DNA of 59,918 nt. It comes from an uncultured Pseudomonadota bacterium (GTDB lineage: Bacteria > Pseudomonadota > Alphaproteobacteria > Rs-D84). The translations under genes were made by a program, and so were the position numbers. Location of the stretch: NCBI GenBank assembly GCA_947303585.1, contig CAMYYT010000003.1, forward strand, positions 1 through 59,918. The letters are read 5' to 3'. The notes below the pieces were generated by a model. The model was not told the DNA's origin, ran no database searches, and worked only from the letters and a program-made list of their open reading frames with translations. Positions 1 to 9,064 of the stretch are shown one piece after another (the stretch's first letter is position 1; each line of letters opens with the position of its first letter).

Positions 1-1090
1 GTTTAGCACGTTCTTTTTTACCGTTAACAGCCGCATCATACCAATGTGAAATATCAACAGTTTCTGTTAAACGTGTTGCATCATATTCAGATAAACCAAA
101 TTCATTGATATAACGCGCGCGTGTTGCTGTTGGCAATTCTGGCATATTTTTGCGAATGCGTTCAATTTCTTCATCAGTAATTTCCAATTCTAATAAATCA
201 GGATCTGGGAAATAACGATAATCTAATGCGTCTTCTTTGCTACGTTGAACAGATGTTGTGCCATCGCTTTGGTTGAAACGCATTGTATCTTGGGATACTG
301 TGCCACCATTTTCAAGTATTTCTACTTGGCGTTTTGCTTCGTATTCAATAGCGGTTTTTATAAATTTGAAAGATACCATATTTTTTGTTTCTGTGCGTGT
401 ACCAAAAGTTTTTGAACCAACAGGGCGTACCGATACATTAACATCTGCACGCATAGAGCCTTCTTCCATGTTTGCCTTGGATACACCGAGTGCGCGTGCG
501 ATTTCACGAATTTGACGCAAATATCTTTCTGCTTCGTCTGGTGAAGATATATAAGAATTATTTTCAGGATTTTTAGTGTCCAAGAAAGTTACGATTTCCA
601 ACAACATAACACCCGTTCTGTTAAAATCGACGAAAGATTTTGTTGGATGCATATCGTGTTTGTTTTTCGCAGCATCTTGTTCCATGTGGGCGCGTTCAAT
701 TAAAATCTTTTTTGGATTTCCGTCGTCCCCCATAATTTCAACCCAGCCACGACCAACCACAGGTGGTTCTTCGGCAGGTTGTGATATTTGATATCCTTGG
801 GGCAGGTCAGGGTAAAAATATTGTTTACGGGCAAAACGGCTGTGTTTGGAGATTTCAGCATTGATTCCCAAACCGAATTTAATAGCCTGTTCAACACAGT
901 ATTTATTCAATACTGGCAACATTCCTGGCATAGCGACATCAACCATACATGCCTGGGTGTTTGGTGCGACAGTTGGGTTATAATCAGCAGATGCACCACT
1001 GAAAATTTTGCTGTTAGACAGCACTTCTATATGAGTTTCCAAACCGATAACTACTTCCCAATCTTGTGTTTTGCCTTTTATCGTAAACAT
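1..1090 (-). CDS. gatB: Asp/Glu-tRNA amidotransferase subunit B, N-terminal ~363 codons (3' end runs off the window)
   Basis: Reverse translation from ATG at 1090-1088 reads MFTIKGKTQDWEVVIGLETHIEVLSNSKIFSG...YFYPDLPQGYQISQ..., a typical GatB N-terminus. It is absent from the ORF track because no stop codon lies in the window. Confidence 0.9.
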   Translation of the reverse strand, partial: MFTIKGKTQDWEVVIGLETHIEVLSNSKIFSGASADYNPTVAPNTQACMVDVAMPGMLPVLNKYCVEQAIKFGLGINAEISKHSRFARKQYFYPDLPQGYQISQPAEEPPVVGRGWVEIMGDDGNPKKILIERAHMEQDAAKNKHDMHPTKSFVDFNRTGVMLLEIVTFLDTKNPENNSYISSPDEAERYLRQIREIARALGVSKANMEEGSMRADVNVSVRPVGSKTFGTRTETKNMVSFKFIKTAIEYEAKRQVEILENGGTVSQDTMRFNQSDGTTSVQRSKEDALDYRYFPDPDLLELEITDEEIERIRKNMPELPTATRARYINEFGLSEYDATRLTETVDISHWYDAAVNGKKERAK

Positions 1091-1144
1091 TTTTCTTTTT
1101 CCTTGCTTTTTGTTTTTTTATACTTTATTATGTGTCCCACGGAT

Positions 1145-1220
1145 GGCTAGATAGCTCAGTTGGTAGAGCAAGGGACTGAAAATCCCTGTGTCAGTAGTTC
1201 GATTCTACTTCTAGCCACCA
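1145..1220 (+). tRNA. tRNA-Phe (anticodon GAA), CCA encoded
   Basis: Folds as a cloverleaf: acceptor GGCTAGA/TCTAGCC, D arm GCTC..GAGC, anticodon stem AGGGA/TCCCT with loop CTGAAAA, T arm AGTAG TTCGATT CTACT, then ACCA. Confidence 0.95.
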
Positions 1221-1251
1221 TTTTTTTATTGCCTGGTTTTTTCAACATTTC

Positions 1252-2721
1252 TTATTCACCCATAATTACAGTTGGACGATTGTCAATGTTTGCAGCTGTT
1301 TCAATGTGCTTTGCTAGTTGTAAAACACGCATATCGTCAAAACGACGACCAACTACTTGCATACCCAATGGTAAACCATTTTGTGCCAATCCACATGGAA
1401 CAGATACCGCAGGAACGCCAGCCAAGTTCATCGCGACTGTAAATAAATCCAATGCGTAATATTCAAGTGGACTTAAATCAGAATCCAAAGGTAATGCCGT
1501 TGATGCACCAGATGGACATACGATTAAATCACATTGTTCAAATGCCTTGTTAAATGCATCTGCAATCATGCGACGAACGCGTGCAGCCTGCATAAAATAT
1601 ACTTCGTAAGATTCGCTGCTTAATACGGCTGTGCCGATTAACATACGGCGTTGAACTTCTTCGCCGAAACCAGCAGCGCGTGTCTTTTTGTATGTATCGT
1701 ATAAATCGCTTCCTTCAACGCGCAGACCGTATCTCATTCCGTCATAACGTGCCAGATTCGAAGATGCTTCTGCTGGGGCGATAATATAATATGCCGCCAA
1801 AGCATCCAAAACATTTGGTATAGAAACTTCGACAATATCGGCACCCATAGATTTTAAATCAGCGATTCGTTTTTCAAACAGATTTTTCATGTCTGATGAA
1901 ATTTGAACATTATTGAATTCTTTGATTATGCCAATACGCAATTTTTTACCATCGCCCAATACAGGTTGTAAATTGCCATCGCTTTCAAATTTAGCGTTTG
2001 GCGCGCTGGTTGAATCTTTGTCGTCGTGTCCAGCCATTACAGACAGCAACAATGCGGCATCTTCAACTGTTCTGGTAATTGGACCAGGGGTATCCAGACT
2101 TGATGCAAATGCAACACAACCCCAACGAGAACATAAACCGTATGTAGGTTTTAAACCAACCAAACCTGTGATTGCACATGGAAAACGAATAGAACCACCT
2201 GTGTCAGTTCCTGTGGCTGCGATTGCCAATCCAGATGCAACGGCACTGGTTGAACCACCAGAAGAACCACCGGCTGTTAATCTTTTTTCGATTTGCCATG
2301 GACTGACTGGGGCACCAAAATAGGAAGTTTTTGAAAATGTTCCCATCGCGAATTCGTCCAAATTTGATTTGCCCAATAATACTGTTCCTGCATCAATGAA
2401 TTTTTGAGAAATAGTTGATTCATATTGTGGAACAAAATTTTCAAGCATATGTGATGCCGCAGTTGTGCGAATGCCACGTGTTGCAAACAAATCTTTCATT
2501 GCAATAGGCATACCATCTAATGCCAATGTTTTTCCGTTTGCATATCTTTCGTCTGATTTAGCAGCATCTTCCAAAGCACGTTCTGGTGTATTTGTGATAT
2601 AGCAATTTAATTGTTTGCCATATTTTTCAATACGTGCCAAATATGCGCGTGCTAATTCAGTCGCGCTGATTTCGCGTTTTTTTAATTTTTCTAGTGCTTG
2701 TTTTATAGTCAGGTTTATCAT
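1252..2721 (-). CDS. gatA: Glutamyl-tRNA(Gln) amidotransferase subunit A
   Basis: 489-aa ORF with the amidase signature GGSSGGS...GTDTGGSIR. It lies in a gatC-gatA-gatB context. Confidence 0.95.
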   Translation of the reverse strand: MINLTIKQALEKLKKREISATELARAYLARIEKYGKQLNCYITNTPERALEDAAKSDERYANGKTLALDGMPIAMKDLFATRGIRTTAASHMLENFVPQYESTISQKFIDAGTVLLGKSNLDEFAMGTFSKTSYFGAPVSPWQIEKRLTAGGSSGGSTSAVASGLAIAATGTDTGGSIRFPCAITGLVGLKPTYGLCSRWGCVAFASSLDTPGPITRTVEDAALLLSVMAGHDDKDSTSAPNAKFESDGNLQPVLGDGKKLRIGIIKEFNNVQISSDMKNLFEKRIADLKSMGADIVEVSIPNVLDALAAYYIIAPAEASSNLARYDGMRYGLRVEGSDLYDTYKKTRAAGFGEEVQRRMLIGTAVLSSESYEVYFMQAARVRRMIADAFNKAFEQCDLIVCPSGASTALPLDSDLSPLEYYALDLFTVAMNLAGVPAVSVPCGLAQNGLPLGMQVVGRRFDDMRVLQLAKHIETAANIDNRPTVIMGE

Positions 2722-2729
2722 TTTTGTTC

Positions 2730-3158
2730 CTATTTTTTGTTTGTGTATGCGTCTTTGAATAATTTTTCACCGATAAGTTTGCGGGCAAAATTATCTTGGC
2801 ATTTGCCTTTTGTTATATTTTGCAAGCAATCTAGTTGTTGGCATTTTGAACAAGTTCTTAAATCAATATTTATGCATAAATGCCCCGCACATTCTTGCGA
2901 AATGTTTTTTGGTATTGGTAGAACAGTATCGCCGAGAAGAATTTTGGCACTTTGTGTTTCCATAAAACTTATATCCAGACGATTAATACAAGAATCTTCG
3001 GGGGTACTGCCATAAGAATTTATTTCTTGTTGTATCTGTTTAAGATAATTTTTGATTTCTTCTTTGGTTTTTGCATCACAATAGAAAATTTTGCCTTCTA
3101 AATAATGACAAGTACGGTTTCTGATTGTGATTTCATATTTGCGTTTAAAAATAGGCAT
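2730..3158 (-). CDS. Hypothetical Cys-rich protein (142 aa) wedged between gatC and gatA
   Basis: ATG at 3158 lies 1 nt after the gatC stop, and the ORF stop is 8 nt before the gatA start. About 10 Cys (CHY, YCD, SCI, ECAGHLC, CSKC, DC, KC). I recognise no family. The ORF-track start at 3227 overlaps gatC and was trimmed. Confidence 0.5.
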   Translation of the reverse strand: MPIFKRKYEITIRNRTCHYLEGKIFYCDAKTKEEIKNYLKQIQQEINSYGSTPEDSCINRLDISFMETQSAKILLGDTVLPIPKNISQECAGHLCINIDLRTCSKCQQLDCLQNITKGKCQDNFARKLIGEKLFKDAYTNKK

Positions 3159-3159
3159 T

Positions 3160-3456
3160 TTAATCACCGTCCATAACCTTTGGCACAGCAAAATAACCAC
3201 GAGATACGCCAGCAGTGTCTGGGTCATTAGCCAATATTTCGTTTCGCATATTTGGTTCTGTCACTACATCTTCGCGAAGTGGCAATTTATGTTCCGCTGG
3301 TGACAGCATAGGCTTTACGCCAGTTGTGTCGATTTTTTGTAATTTATCCAGCCATTCCACAACGGAATCTATATTCATTTTTTCCAGTTTTTCATCAGAT
3401 ATATCAATTTTGATTAAATCTGCAAATTTGTGTAATTGTTGCTTGCTAAATGCCAT
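3160..3456 (-). CDS. gatC: Glutamyl-tRNA(Gln) amidotransferase subunit C
   Basis: 98-aa ORF, size and sequence typical of GatC (LIKIDISDEKLEK...VTEPNMR...FAVPKV), upstream of gatA. Confidence 0.9.
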   Translation of the reverse strand: MAFSKQQLHKFADLIKIDISDEKLEKMNIDSVVEWLDKLQKIDTTGVKPMLSPAEHKLPLREDVVTEPNMRNEILANDPDTAGVSRGYFAVPKVMDGD

Positions 3457-3539
3457 TTTCTTGTCCTATTGTTTCAAAGCATGAAAATTATACAATGATT
3501 TTGCTTAAATTCAAGGTTTTTTCTGTGCAAAACAAACAT

Positions 3540-3851
3540 TTATCTTGGTTGTCTGCGCTGGTTGTTAATATAGTTTTGTAAAAATTTATCGTCTATCATG
3601 TTTTTGAATGTTGGACTGTTTGTATACCTGGGGTCTGCGACAATAAGACCGATAATACCAACTTGTTCGCCCACAGAATATGAAAATTTTCCATTATACT
3701 TGTTTAGCGCGCCGATTTCCCATGGATATTTGTCTGTGCGATACATTTCTATTTGGTATTCTACATATTCTGATGTGCGAGCCAAATCTACTGGTATCAT
3801 ACATGTATTACATGCAGTGATTGATATTTGACCTGTGATTTTATATTTCAT
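3540..3851 (-). CDS. Hypothetical protein (103 aa)
   Basis: Isolated ORF with no competing frame. No recognisable motif or signal peptide. Confidence 0.45.
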   Translation of the reverse strand: MKYKITGQISITACNTCMIPVDLARTSEYVEYQIEMYRTDKYPWEIGALNKYNGKFSYSVGEQVGIIGLIVADPRYTNSPTFKNMIDDKFLQNYINNQRRQPR

Positions 3852-3921
3852 GTCTGTGCCTTTTTTTAAACTTGTAAAATATTATTTGTCGTATATACTT
3901 TCAATGTAAAAGGACTGTACA

Positions 3922-4368
3922 ATGATTTTATGTGATTGCAAGGATTTTCCGCGAATTGGACGCATATTAGGAATCGATTGGGGATTGCGTCGATGTGGCG
4001 TGGCAATCGCTGATGAAAACCGTGATTTTGTGTTTGTTCGTCCACAATTAAATGTTAAAAATCAAGATGAATTGGTTCAAAAGATTTTGGATATCGCAAG
4101 TGTTGATAAAATAGTAGGCTTGGTTGTTGGGCTGCCTTTGCATGCAGATGGAAGTGATTCTGAAACAACTAAAATGGTTCGCGATTTTGCGGACGCTTTA
4201 TCTTCCAAAACAAATTTACCAATAATCTTTGTCGAAGAAAATTTAACCAGTAGCGCAGCTCAAGAAGAAATAGGGCGCAAAAGTATATCAAAGATCAAAC
4301 AGGAATTAGATTCCATTTCTGCCAAGATAATTCTTGAAAATGCAATTGCTTTGTTAAAAAGAATTTAA
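3922..4368 (+). CDS. ruvX: YqgF/RuvX family putative pre-16S rRNA nuclease
   Basis: N-terminal ILGIDWGLRRCGVAIAD motif, ~148 aa, GLPLHADGSDSE segment typical of YqgF. Confidence 0.85.
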   Translation: MILCDCKDFPRIGRILGIDWGLRRCGVAIADENRDFVFVRPQLNVKNQDELVQKILDIASVDKIVGLVVGLPLHADGSDSETTKMVRDFADALSSKTNLPIIFVEENLTSSAAQEEIGRKSISKIKQELDSISAKIILENAIALLKRI

Positions 4369-5411
4369 TCTGGTTGTGTTTCGTCTGGAATTTTTCCGTC
4401 TGTTGACAACAACGTAGCAATCCAACGCGTAGATTCAAATTGTGCAGTTGTGATGTATACACCAGCCAAGATTGGAACGCTAAAGAACATTCCAGCAGGC
4501 CCCCAGATCATGCCCCAAAATACCAAATTTATCAATATCGCTAATGTGGAAATATTCAATGTTTTTCCAGTTAGTTTTGGGTCGATTATATTGCCGAATA
4601 TTACTTCGATAATAATTAATGAAATGGCAGTGAACAAGGCTAGATGCCAAGAATCGCCGCTTATCAACGCGTATGCAATCGGCAAAGCGCAAGCAAGTAT
4701 AGAACCAATTGTTGGAATGTAATTAAGGATAAATATAATAAATGCCCATACAGTTGCGTATTCAAGACCTATGATTTTTAATGATATGTATGCACATAAT
4801 CCTGTGGCGGCAGATATAAATGTTTTTGTAAATAAATATTTTTTCATATTTTCATCAATGCTGTTCAAAATATAACGTAATTTTTTAGATTTAAGCTTTG
4901 ACAAAGGCATGGCATCTATTTTTTTGTTAAACGAACTTTGTTCCACAAACATAAATATCAAATATATTAATACCATACCTGTGGATGTTGCAATTCCTGC
5001 CAAAGAAGTTCCAACATAACCAGCTATTTGTGGTAGGTTTGGAATTAAATTCATATCTATTTCTACACCAAATTTATCAGAAATGAAATTGCTAAATATA
5101 AATAACTTTTCTTGTAAAATAGGTGTTGCATTGTAAAGTTCTATTAACATAGGTTTTATTTGTGTGGCAAATAAATATATAATTCCGCCAACCGTACCTA
5201 TGGACAACAAATTCGAAAAGAATGTGAACAATTTGGATGGCATTCTGCAAGAATCAGAATTCGTTCTGTAACATGGCATTATTTTTCTGTAATATGCAGC
5301 AATGGCGTTCAATAGATACCATAAAAATGTTGCGAACAACAATGGGATGAATATAGAACGTCCTATCCATAAAATGAATATTAATGCGATAAAGAACACC
5401 AAATTGTTCAT
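4365..5411 (-). CDS. AI-2E (PerM/UPF0118) family transporter
   Basis: 348-aa polytopic membrane ORF with a C-terminal LVFWGMIWGPAGMFFSVPILA block characteristic of the AI-2E family. Confidence 0.75.
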   Translation of the reverse strand: MNNLVFFIALIFILWIGRSIFIPLLFATFLWYLLNAIAAYYRKIMPCYRTNSDSCRMPSKLFTFFSNLLSIGTVGGIIYLFATQIKPMLIELYNATPILQEKLFIFSNFISDKFGVEIDMNLIPNLPQIAGYVGTSLAGIATSTGMVLIYLIFMFVEQSSFNKKIDAMPLSKLKSKKLRYILNSIDENMKKYLFTKTFISAATGLCAYISLKIIGLEYATVWAFIIFILNYIPTIGSILACALPIAYALISGDSWHLALFTAISLIIIEVIFGNIIDPKLTGKTLNISTLAILINLVFWGMIWGPAGMFFSVPILAGVYITTAQFESTRWIATLLSTDGKIPDETQPD

Positions 5412-5431
5412 ATTTGATTCCTTTGGTTATA

Positions 5432-6301
5432 TTAATATGGATGCGAACCTAATTCAAACAGGCTGTATACAATCGTAAGTATTATGGCGATGTTAATACC
5501 AACAGCTGTCAAGGCATAGCCACGATTTATGTTTTTCACAAAGTCTGATTTATGTTTTACGTACCATAATGTATAAATTATCAAAAGCACCAAAGACAGT
5601 ATTGCTGTTGCTGGTCCTGTAATTAAACTTTTGAAGAATAGCAAAGTTAAAAATACAAGCAATGTATTGTTGAAATTAGATATTGCCCAATTTGTGAAAT
5701 TTTCATACCATTTGCATTTTATTTGCAGGTTAGATTTATTCGTTTTATCTTTGATTAAATATCCAGGTGTCCATAACATAAAAAGCGCAAAAGGCATAGA
5801 TAATATAATTTTCCATGGCGAAACCCCCATGCTTTTGCAACGTTTATATTTTGCATAAAGACCAGATATAGCAACCCCCAATAAATACATAGATACAAAC
5901 AAGAATAATAATGCGATTATGGCTAAATAGGCGCCAGAATGTGTTATGTACATCATTGCCAATTTTGCTTGTGCTGATGGACCTGTTGGAATAATGCTTA
6001 ATGCGACAACTGTTGATAATATTGCGATAGTTGTTGCGCCGTTGGTTATCGCAATAAAATCTTTTTGATACATTTCGTTATGGGGCAATTTTTTTATCAA
6101 ATACCAAATTGAAAAAACAAAAGTAGCGACACCCAATAAATACATTGGCGTTAATGTTTCTAGATTAAAAATTGTTTGAAAAGCCGTATATAATAAACTT
6201 ACTATGAATCCAAGACCTAGAAAAAATACTGCAAACATAAGTGGTTTAGTCCAAAGCCATGTTTTTAATTGAGATGTTGTTTCGCTTGTTTTGTTTTTCA
6301 T
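5432..6301 (-). CDS. Hypothetical polytopic membrane protein (289 aa)
   Basis: Multiple long hydrophobic segments, immediately downstream of sufC on the same strand. No family recognised. Confidence 0.55.
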   Translation of the reverse strand: MKNKTSETTSQLKTWLWTKPLMFAVFFLGLGFIVSLLYTAFQTIFNLETLTPMYLLGVATFVFSIWYLIKKLPHNEMYQKDFIAITNGATTIAILSTVVALSIIPTGPSAQAKLAMMYITHSGAYLAIIALLFLFVSMYLLGVAISGLYAKYKRCKSMGVSPWKIILSMPFALFMLWTPGYLIKDKTNKSNLQIKCKWYENFTNWAISNFNNTLLVFLTLLFFKSLITGPATAILSLVLLIIYTLWYVKHKSDFVKNINRGYALTAVGINIAIILTIVYSLFELGSHPY

Positions 6302-6333
6302 GAATTAGTCCTTTTTTATCGTTTTACATGCTA

Positions 6334-7011
6334 TTATTGTATCATAATTTTGCCGTCAGATAAAGTAGTTGTTTGAGTTATGTTAATGGCTGATGAAAAA
6401 GCGTCTTGATGTGATATAAACAAAAACGTGGTGTTTGGCATTTTGTTTATGGTATCTATGATTTGTTTTTGAACATTTTTATCTGCCCCGGAATCTGGTT
6501 CGTCAAGTATAGCAAATTTCGGTTGTGTCAAAAGAAGCCTTAATAACATTATGCGCTTGCGTTCTCCGCCAGAAAAACCGACATTTACATAACGGTTTAG
6601 CCAGTCTTTTGGTATTTCTAGTTGTTCGCGCACAGATTCTAATTTTTCCAAAAATTCGCCCATTGATAAATCTTTGCCTGTATTAAAGTGATTGTGTGCA
6701 ACCATAGAATGTTTTAGGAAACTTAGCATTGTTAATCCTGGAATTTCCGGGACATTTTGTGTGCTTATAAAAATTCCGCGAAGTGCACGCGAAGTCGCAT
6801 TTTCTTTTGTTATATCGATGCCATCAAATATTATTTTTCCAGAATCTATGGTATAAGAATCATCGCCTGCAATAGTATTCACTAGTGTAGATTTTCCAGA
6901 ACCATTGCGTCCGGCAAGGCGATGACGCGCGCCATCTTTGATAACCAGATTTATGTCTGTTAGCAATGTTTTGTTGTCCATAGATACACAAAGATTTTTT
7001 ATTTCTAACAT
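6334..7011 (-). CDS. sufC: Fe-S cluster assembly ATPase SufC
   Basis: Walker A GRNGSGKST, ABC signature FSGGERKR, Walker B ILDEPDSG. About 225 aa, directly after sufB. Confidence 0.9.
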   Translation of the reverse strand: MLEIKNLCVSMDNKTLLTDINLVIKDGARHRLAGRNGSGKSTLVNTIAGDDSYTIDSGKIIFDGIDITKENATSRALRGIFISTQNVPEIPGLTMLSFLKHSMVAHNHFNTGKDLSMGEFLEKLESVREQLEIPKDWLNRYVNVGFSGGERKRIMLLRLLLTQPKFAILDEPDSGADKNVQKQIIDTINKMPNTTFLFISHQDAFSSAINITQTTTLSDGKIMIQ

Positions 7012-7014
7012 TTT

Positions 7015-8355
7015 TTATTCTTTTTTTAAAGCCATTTGTATTAATTGTTTAGATTCTACCAAAAACTCCATTGGTAATCTAGAGATTATCGGTGATGCTT
7101 GTGAACCAACTATCAAGGCTGTCGCTTCGTCTTCGTCCATACCGCTTTGCATTAAAAAGAGCAGGGCGGCTTTATCAATAGCCCCTGTAGTTGCTTCGTG
7201 AGATTGTTGGTTTAATCCATTTAAATGGATGATTGTTGGAATTGTGTTTGCTGTTGCTTTGTCGCCAATGATTCTGTTGTCACATTTGCAAGCATTTATA
7301 CTTTGTTCCCCAGAGAAAGAGACAAGACTTCTGAAAGTCTGGCGCGAATAATCTGTGGCAACACCATAAGATACGATATTAGATTTTGTTTGATTTCCAA
7401 TATGTATCATTTTTGTTCCTGTATCAGCTTGTTGTGTGCCGCGTGTGATAGCCAGTGAATAAAAATCACTATGTGAATTATTGCCGTATAAAATAGTAGA
7501 AGGATATTTCCAAGTCATACTGGAACCGATTTCTATCTGGGTCCAATCAAGTCCAGCATTTGTATAACATTTTCCCCGTTTGGTGACAAAATTTAATATG
7601 CCATTAGGGGTTGCGTGAAAATCGTTGTATACGGCGGAATCTCCTGCATACCAGTTTTGAACAGTAGAATATTTTACATAAGCGTTGTCTTTGACTATGA
7701 TTTCTACGACGCCACTATGTAATTGATGGTTTGGGCGGCGTGGGGCGCTGCACCCTTCCATGTATGAAAGTGTGGAACCTTCGTCTGCGATGATAAGAGT
7801 GCGTTCGAATTGTCCTATTTTTGCAGTTTCTATTCTGAAATAACTTGCTAAATCAATAGGGCATTTTACATTTTTTGGAATATAAACAAACGTTCCGTCT
7901 GAAAAAACTGCGGCATTAAGGGCAGCGAAAAAATTGTCATTACTGGGAACGACGGTCCCCAGGTATTCTTTGACTAAATCAGGGTATTGTTGAACTGCTT
8001 CTGAAAAAGGTAAAAATATTATTCCCTGTTTTTTTAATTCTTCGGTATATGAAGTGTGAACAGATTTACTGTCGATTACAGTATCTGTCGCCATGCCCAA
8101 TAGTGCGCGTTGTTCAGATTCTGGCAGCCCCATTTTTTCATAAGTTTCTTTTAGCTTTGAATTATCTACTTTTTTTGTTTCGTTATAATAATTCAAAGAA
8201 TCATAGTCTATGGGGGTATAATCTATTAATGCCCAATGTGGTTCTTTCATTTTTTTCCATGCGTTAAATGCCTCTAAGCGCCAGTTTAATAACCAGTCTG
8301 GCTCTTTGCGCAAGGAAGAAATTTTTCGAACAAGTTTTTCGTTTAATATTTTCAT
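7015..8355 (-). CDS. sufB: Fe-S cluster assembly scaffold SufB
   Basis: 446-aa ORF with SufB-type blocks (FERTLIIADEGSTLSYMEGCSAP, VEIIVKDNAYVKYSTVQNWY, THEATTGAIDKAALLFLMQSGMDEDEA). Confidence 0.9.
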   Translation of the reverse strand: MKILNEKLVRKISSLRKEPDWLLNWRLEAFNAWKKMKEPHWALIDYTPIDYDSLNYYNETKKVDNSKLKETYEKMGLPESEQRALLGMATDTVIDSKSVHTSYTEELKKQGIIFLPFSEAVQQYPDLVKEYLGTVVPSNDNFFAALNAAVFSDGTFVYIPKNVKCPIDLASYFRIETAKIGQFERTLIIADEGSTLSYMEGCSAPRRPNHQLHSGVVEIIVKDNAYVKYSTVQNWYAGDSAVYNDFHATPNGILNFVTKRGKCYTNAGLDWTQIEIGSSMTWKYPSTILYGNNSHSDFYSLAITRGTQQADTGTKMIHIGNQTKSNIVSYGVATDYSRQTFRSLVSFSGEQSINACKCDNRIIGDKATANTIPTIIHLNGLNQQSHEATTGAIDKAALLFLMQSGMDEDEATALIVGSQASPIISRLPMEFLVESKQLIQMALKKE

Positions 8356-8894
8356 TTATCTGTTGATGCCAATGCTTGTGCTTGGGCAAAAAATGTCAAA
8401 GATTGTCCCAACAAGCCATCTGTAAATGTTGTAGATAATATGCCGTCTGTGTCTGTTGAAGACATATGTTGCAAAAACATATTTGCGCGATTAAGGTAAT
8501 GTCCCACATTTCGTGTGATATTTGCATCTAGTTTTATGGCGCGACGCAGTTTTTCCAGAACAAATGGGTTTTTAGCGTATTCATCCATAATTCCACCGAG
8601 AGCACGCCAAAGCGGATGTTCCGAAGTTGTGCGTGGCATAATATCTATGGATGCCATAATTGGAATTAGGTCTTGCAGTAAATCTTGATAGATTATTTCG
8701 GCTTTGTCCGTGGTTTCGTTTACTGACATTTTGTTTTTAAGGATGTTTTGAATCTTGACAATCAAATTATACTGATAAGTCAAAGTCTTGTTCATATCGT
8801 TTACATTTTTGTTTGTGTGAATAACCAAAAACAAAGATATAACGCTGCATAATGTGCATACAGTTATGATTATCAACATAATTATATTTTCCAT
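8352..8894 (-). CDS. Hypothetical N-terminally membrane-anchored protein (180 aa)
   Basis: Single N-terminal hydrophobic helix (IMLIIITVCTLCSVISLFLVI). Its stop overlaps the sufB start by 4 nt, implying co-transcription. Confidence 0.5.
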   Translation of the reverse strand: MENIIMLIIITVCTLCSVISLFLVIHTNKNVNDMNKTLTYQYNLIVKIQNILKNKMSVNETTDKAEIIYQDLLQDLIPIMASIDIMPRTTSEHPLWRALGGIMDEYAKNPFVLEKLRRAIKLDANITRNVGHYLNRANMFLQHMSSTDTDGILSTTFTDGLLGQSLTFFAQAQALASTDK

Positions 8895-9003
8895 TTTTTT
8901 TTGCCCCGATTTTAGATTTTTACTGTCTTAGTATAACACGTTTTATCGATTCGTGCGATTTTTTATATTACATATTTTTTTCTAAAATTTGTATTTTTAA
9001 GTC

Positions 9004-9032
9004 TTGCACAGATTTGGCTAAGTTGATATAAT
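9004..9032 (+). promoter_or_regulatory. Sigma-70-like promoter: TTGCAC, 17-nt spacer, TGaTATAAT
   Basis: TTGCAC at 9004-9009, 17-nt spacer, extended -10 TGATATAAT ending at 9032. It lies ~30 nt upstream of the AAAGGAAA SD of the 9065 ORF. Confidence 0.55.
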
Positions 9033-9064
9033 CATGAATAATAATTGAAAGAAAGGAAAAAAAT

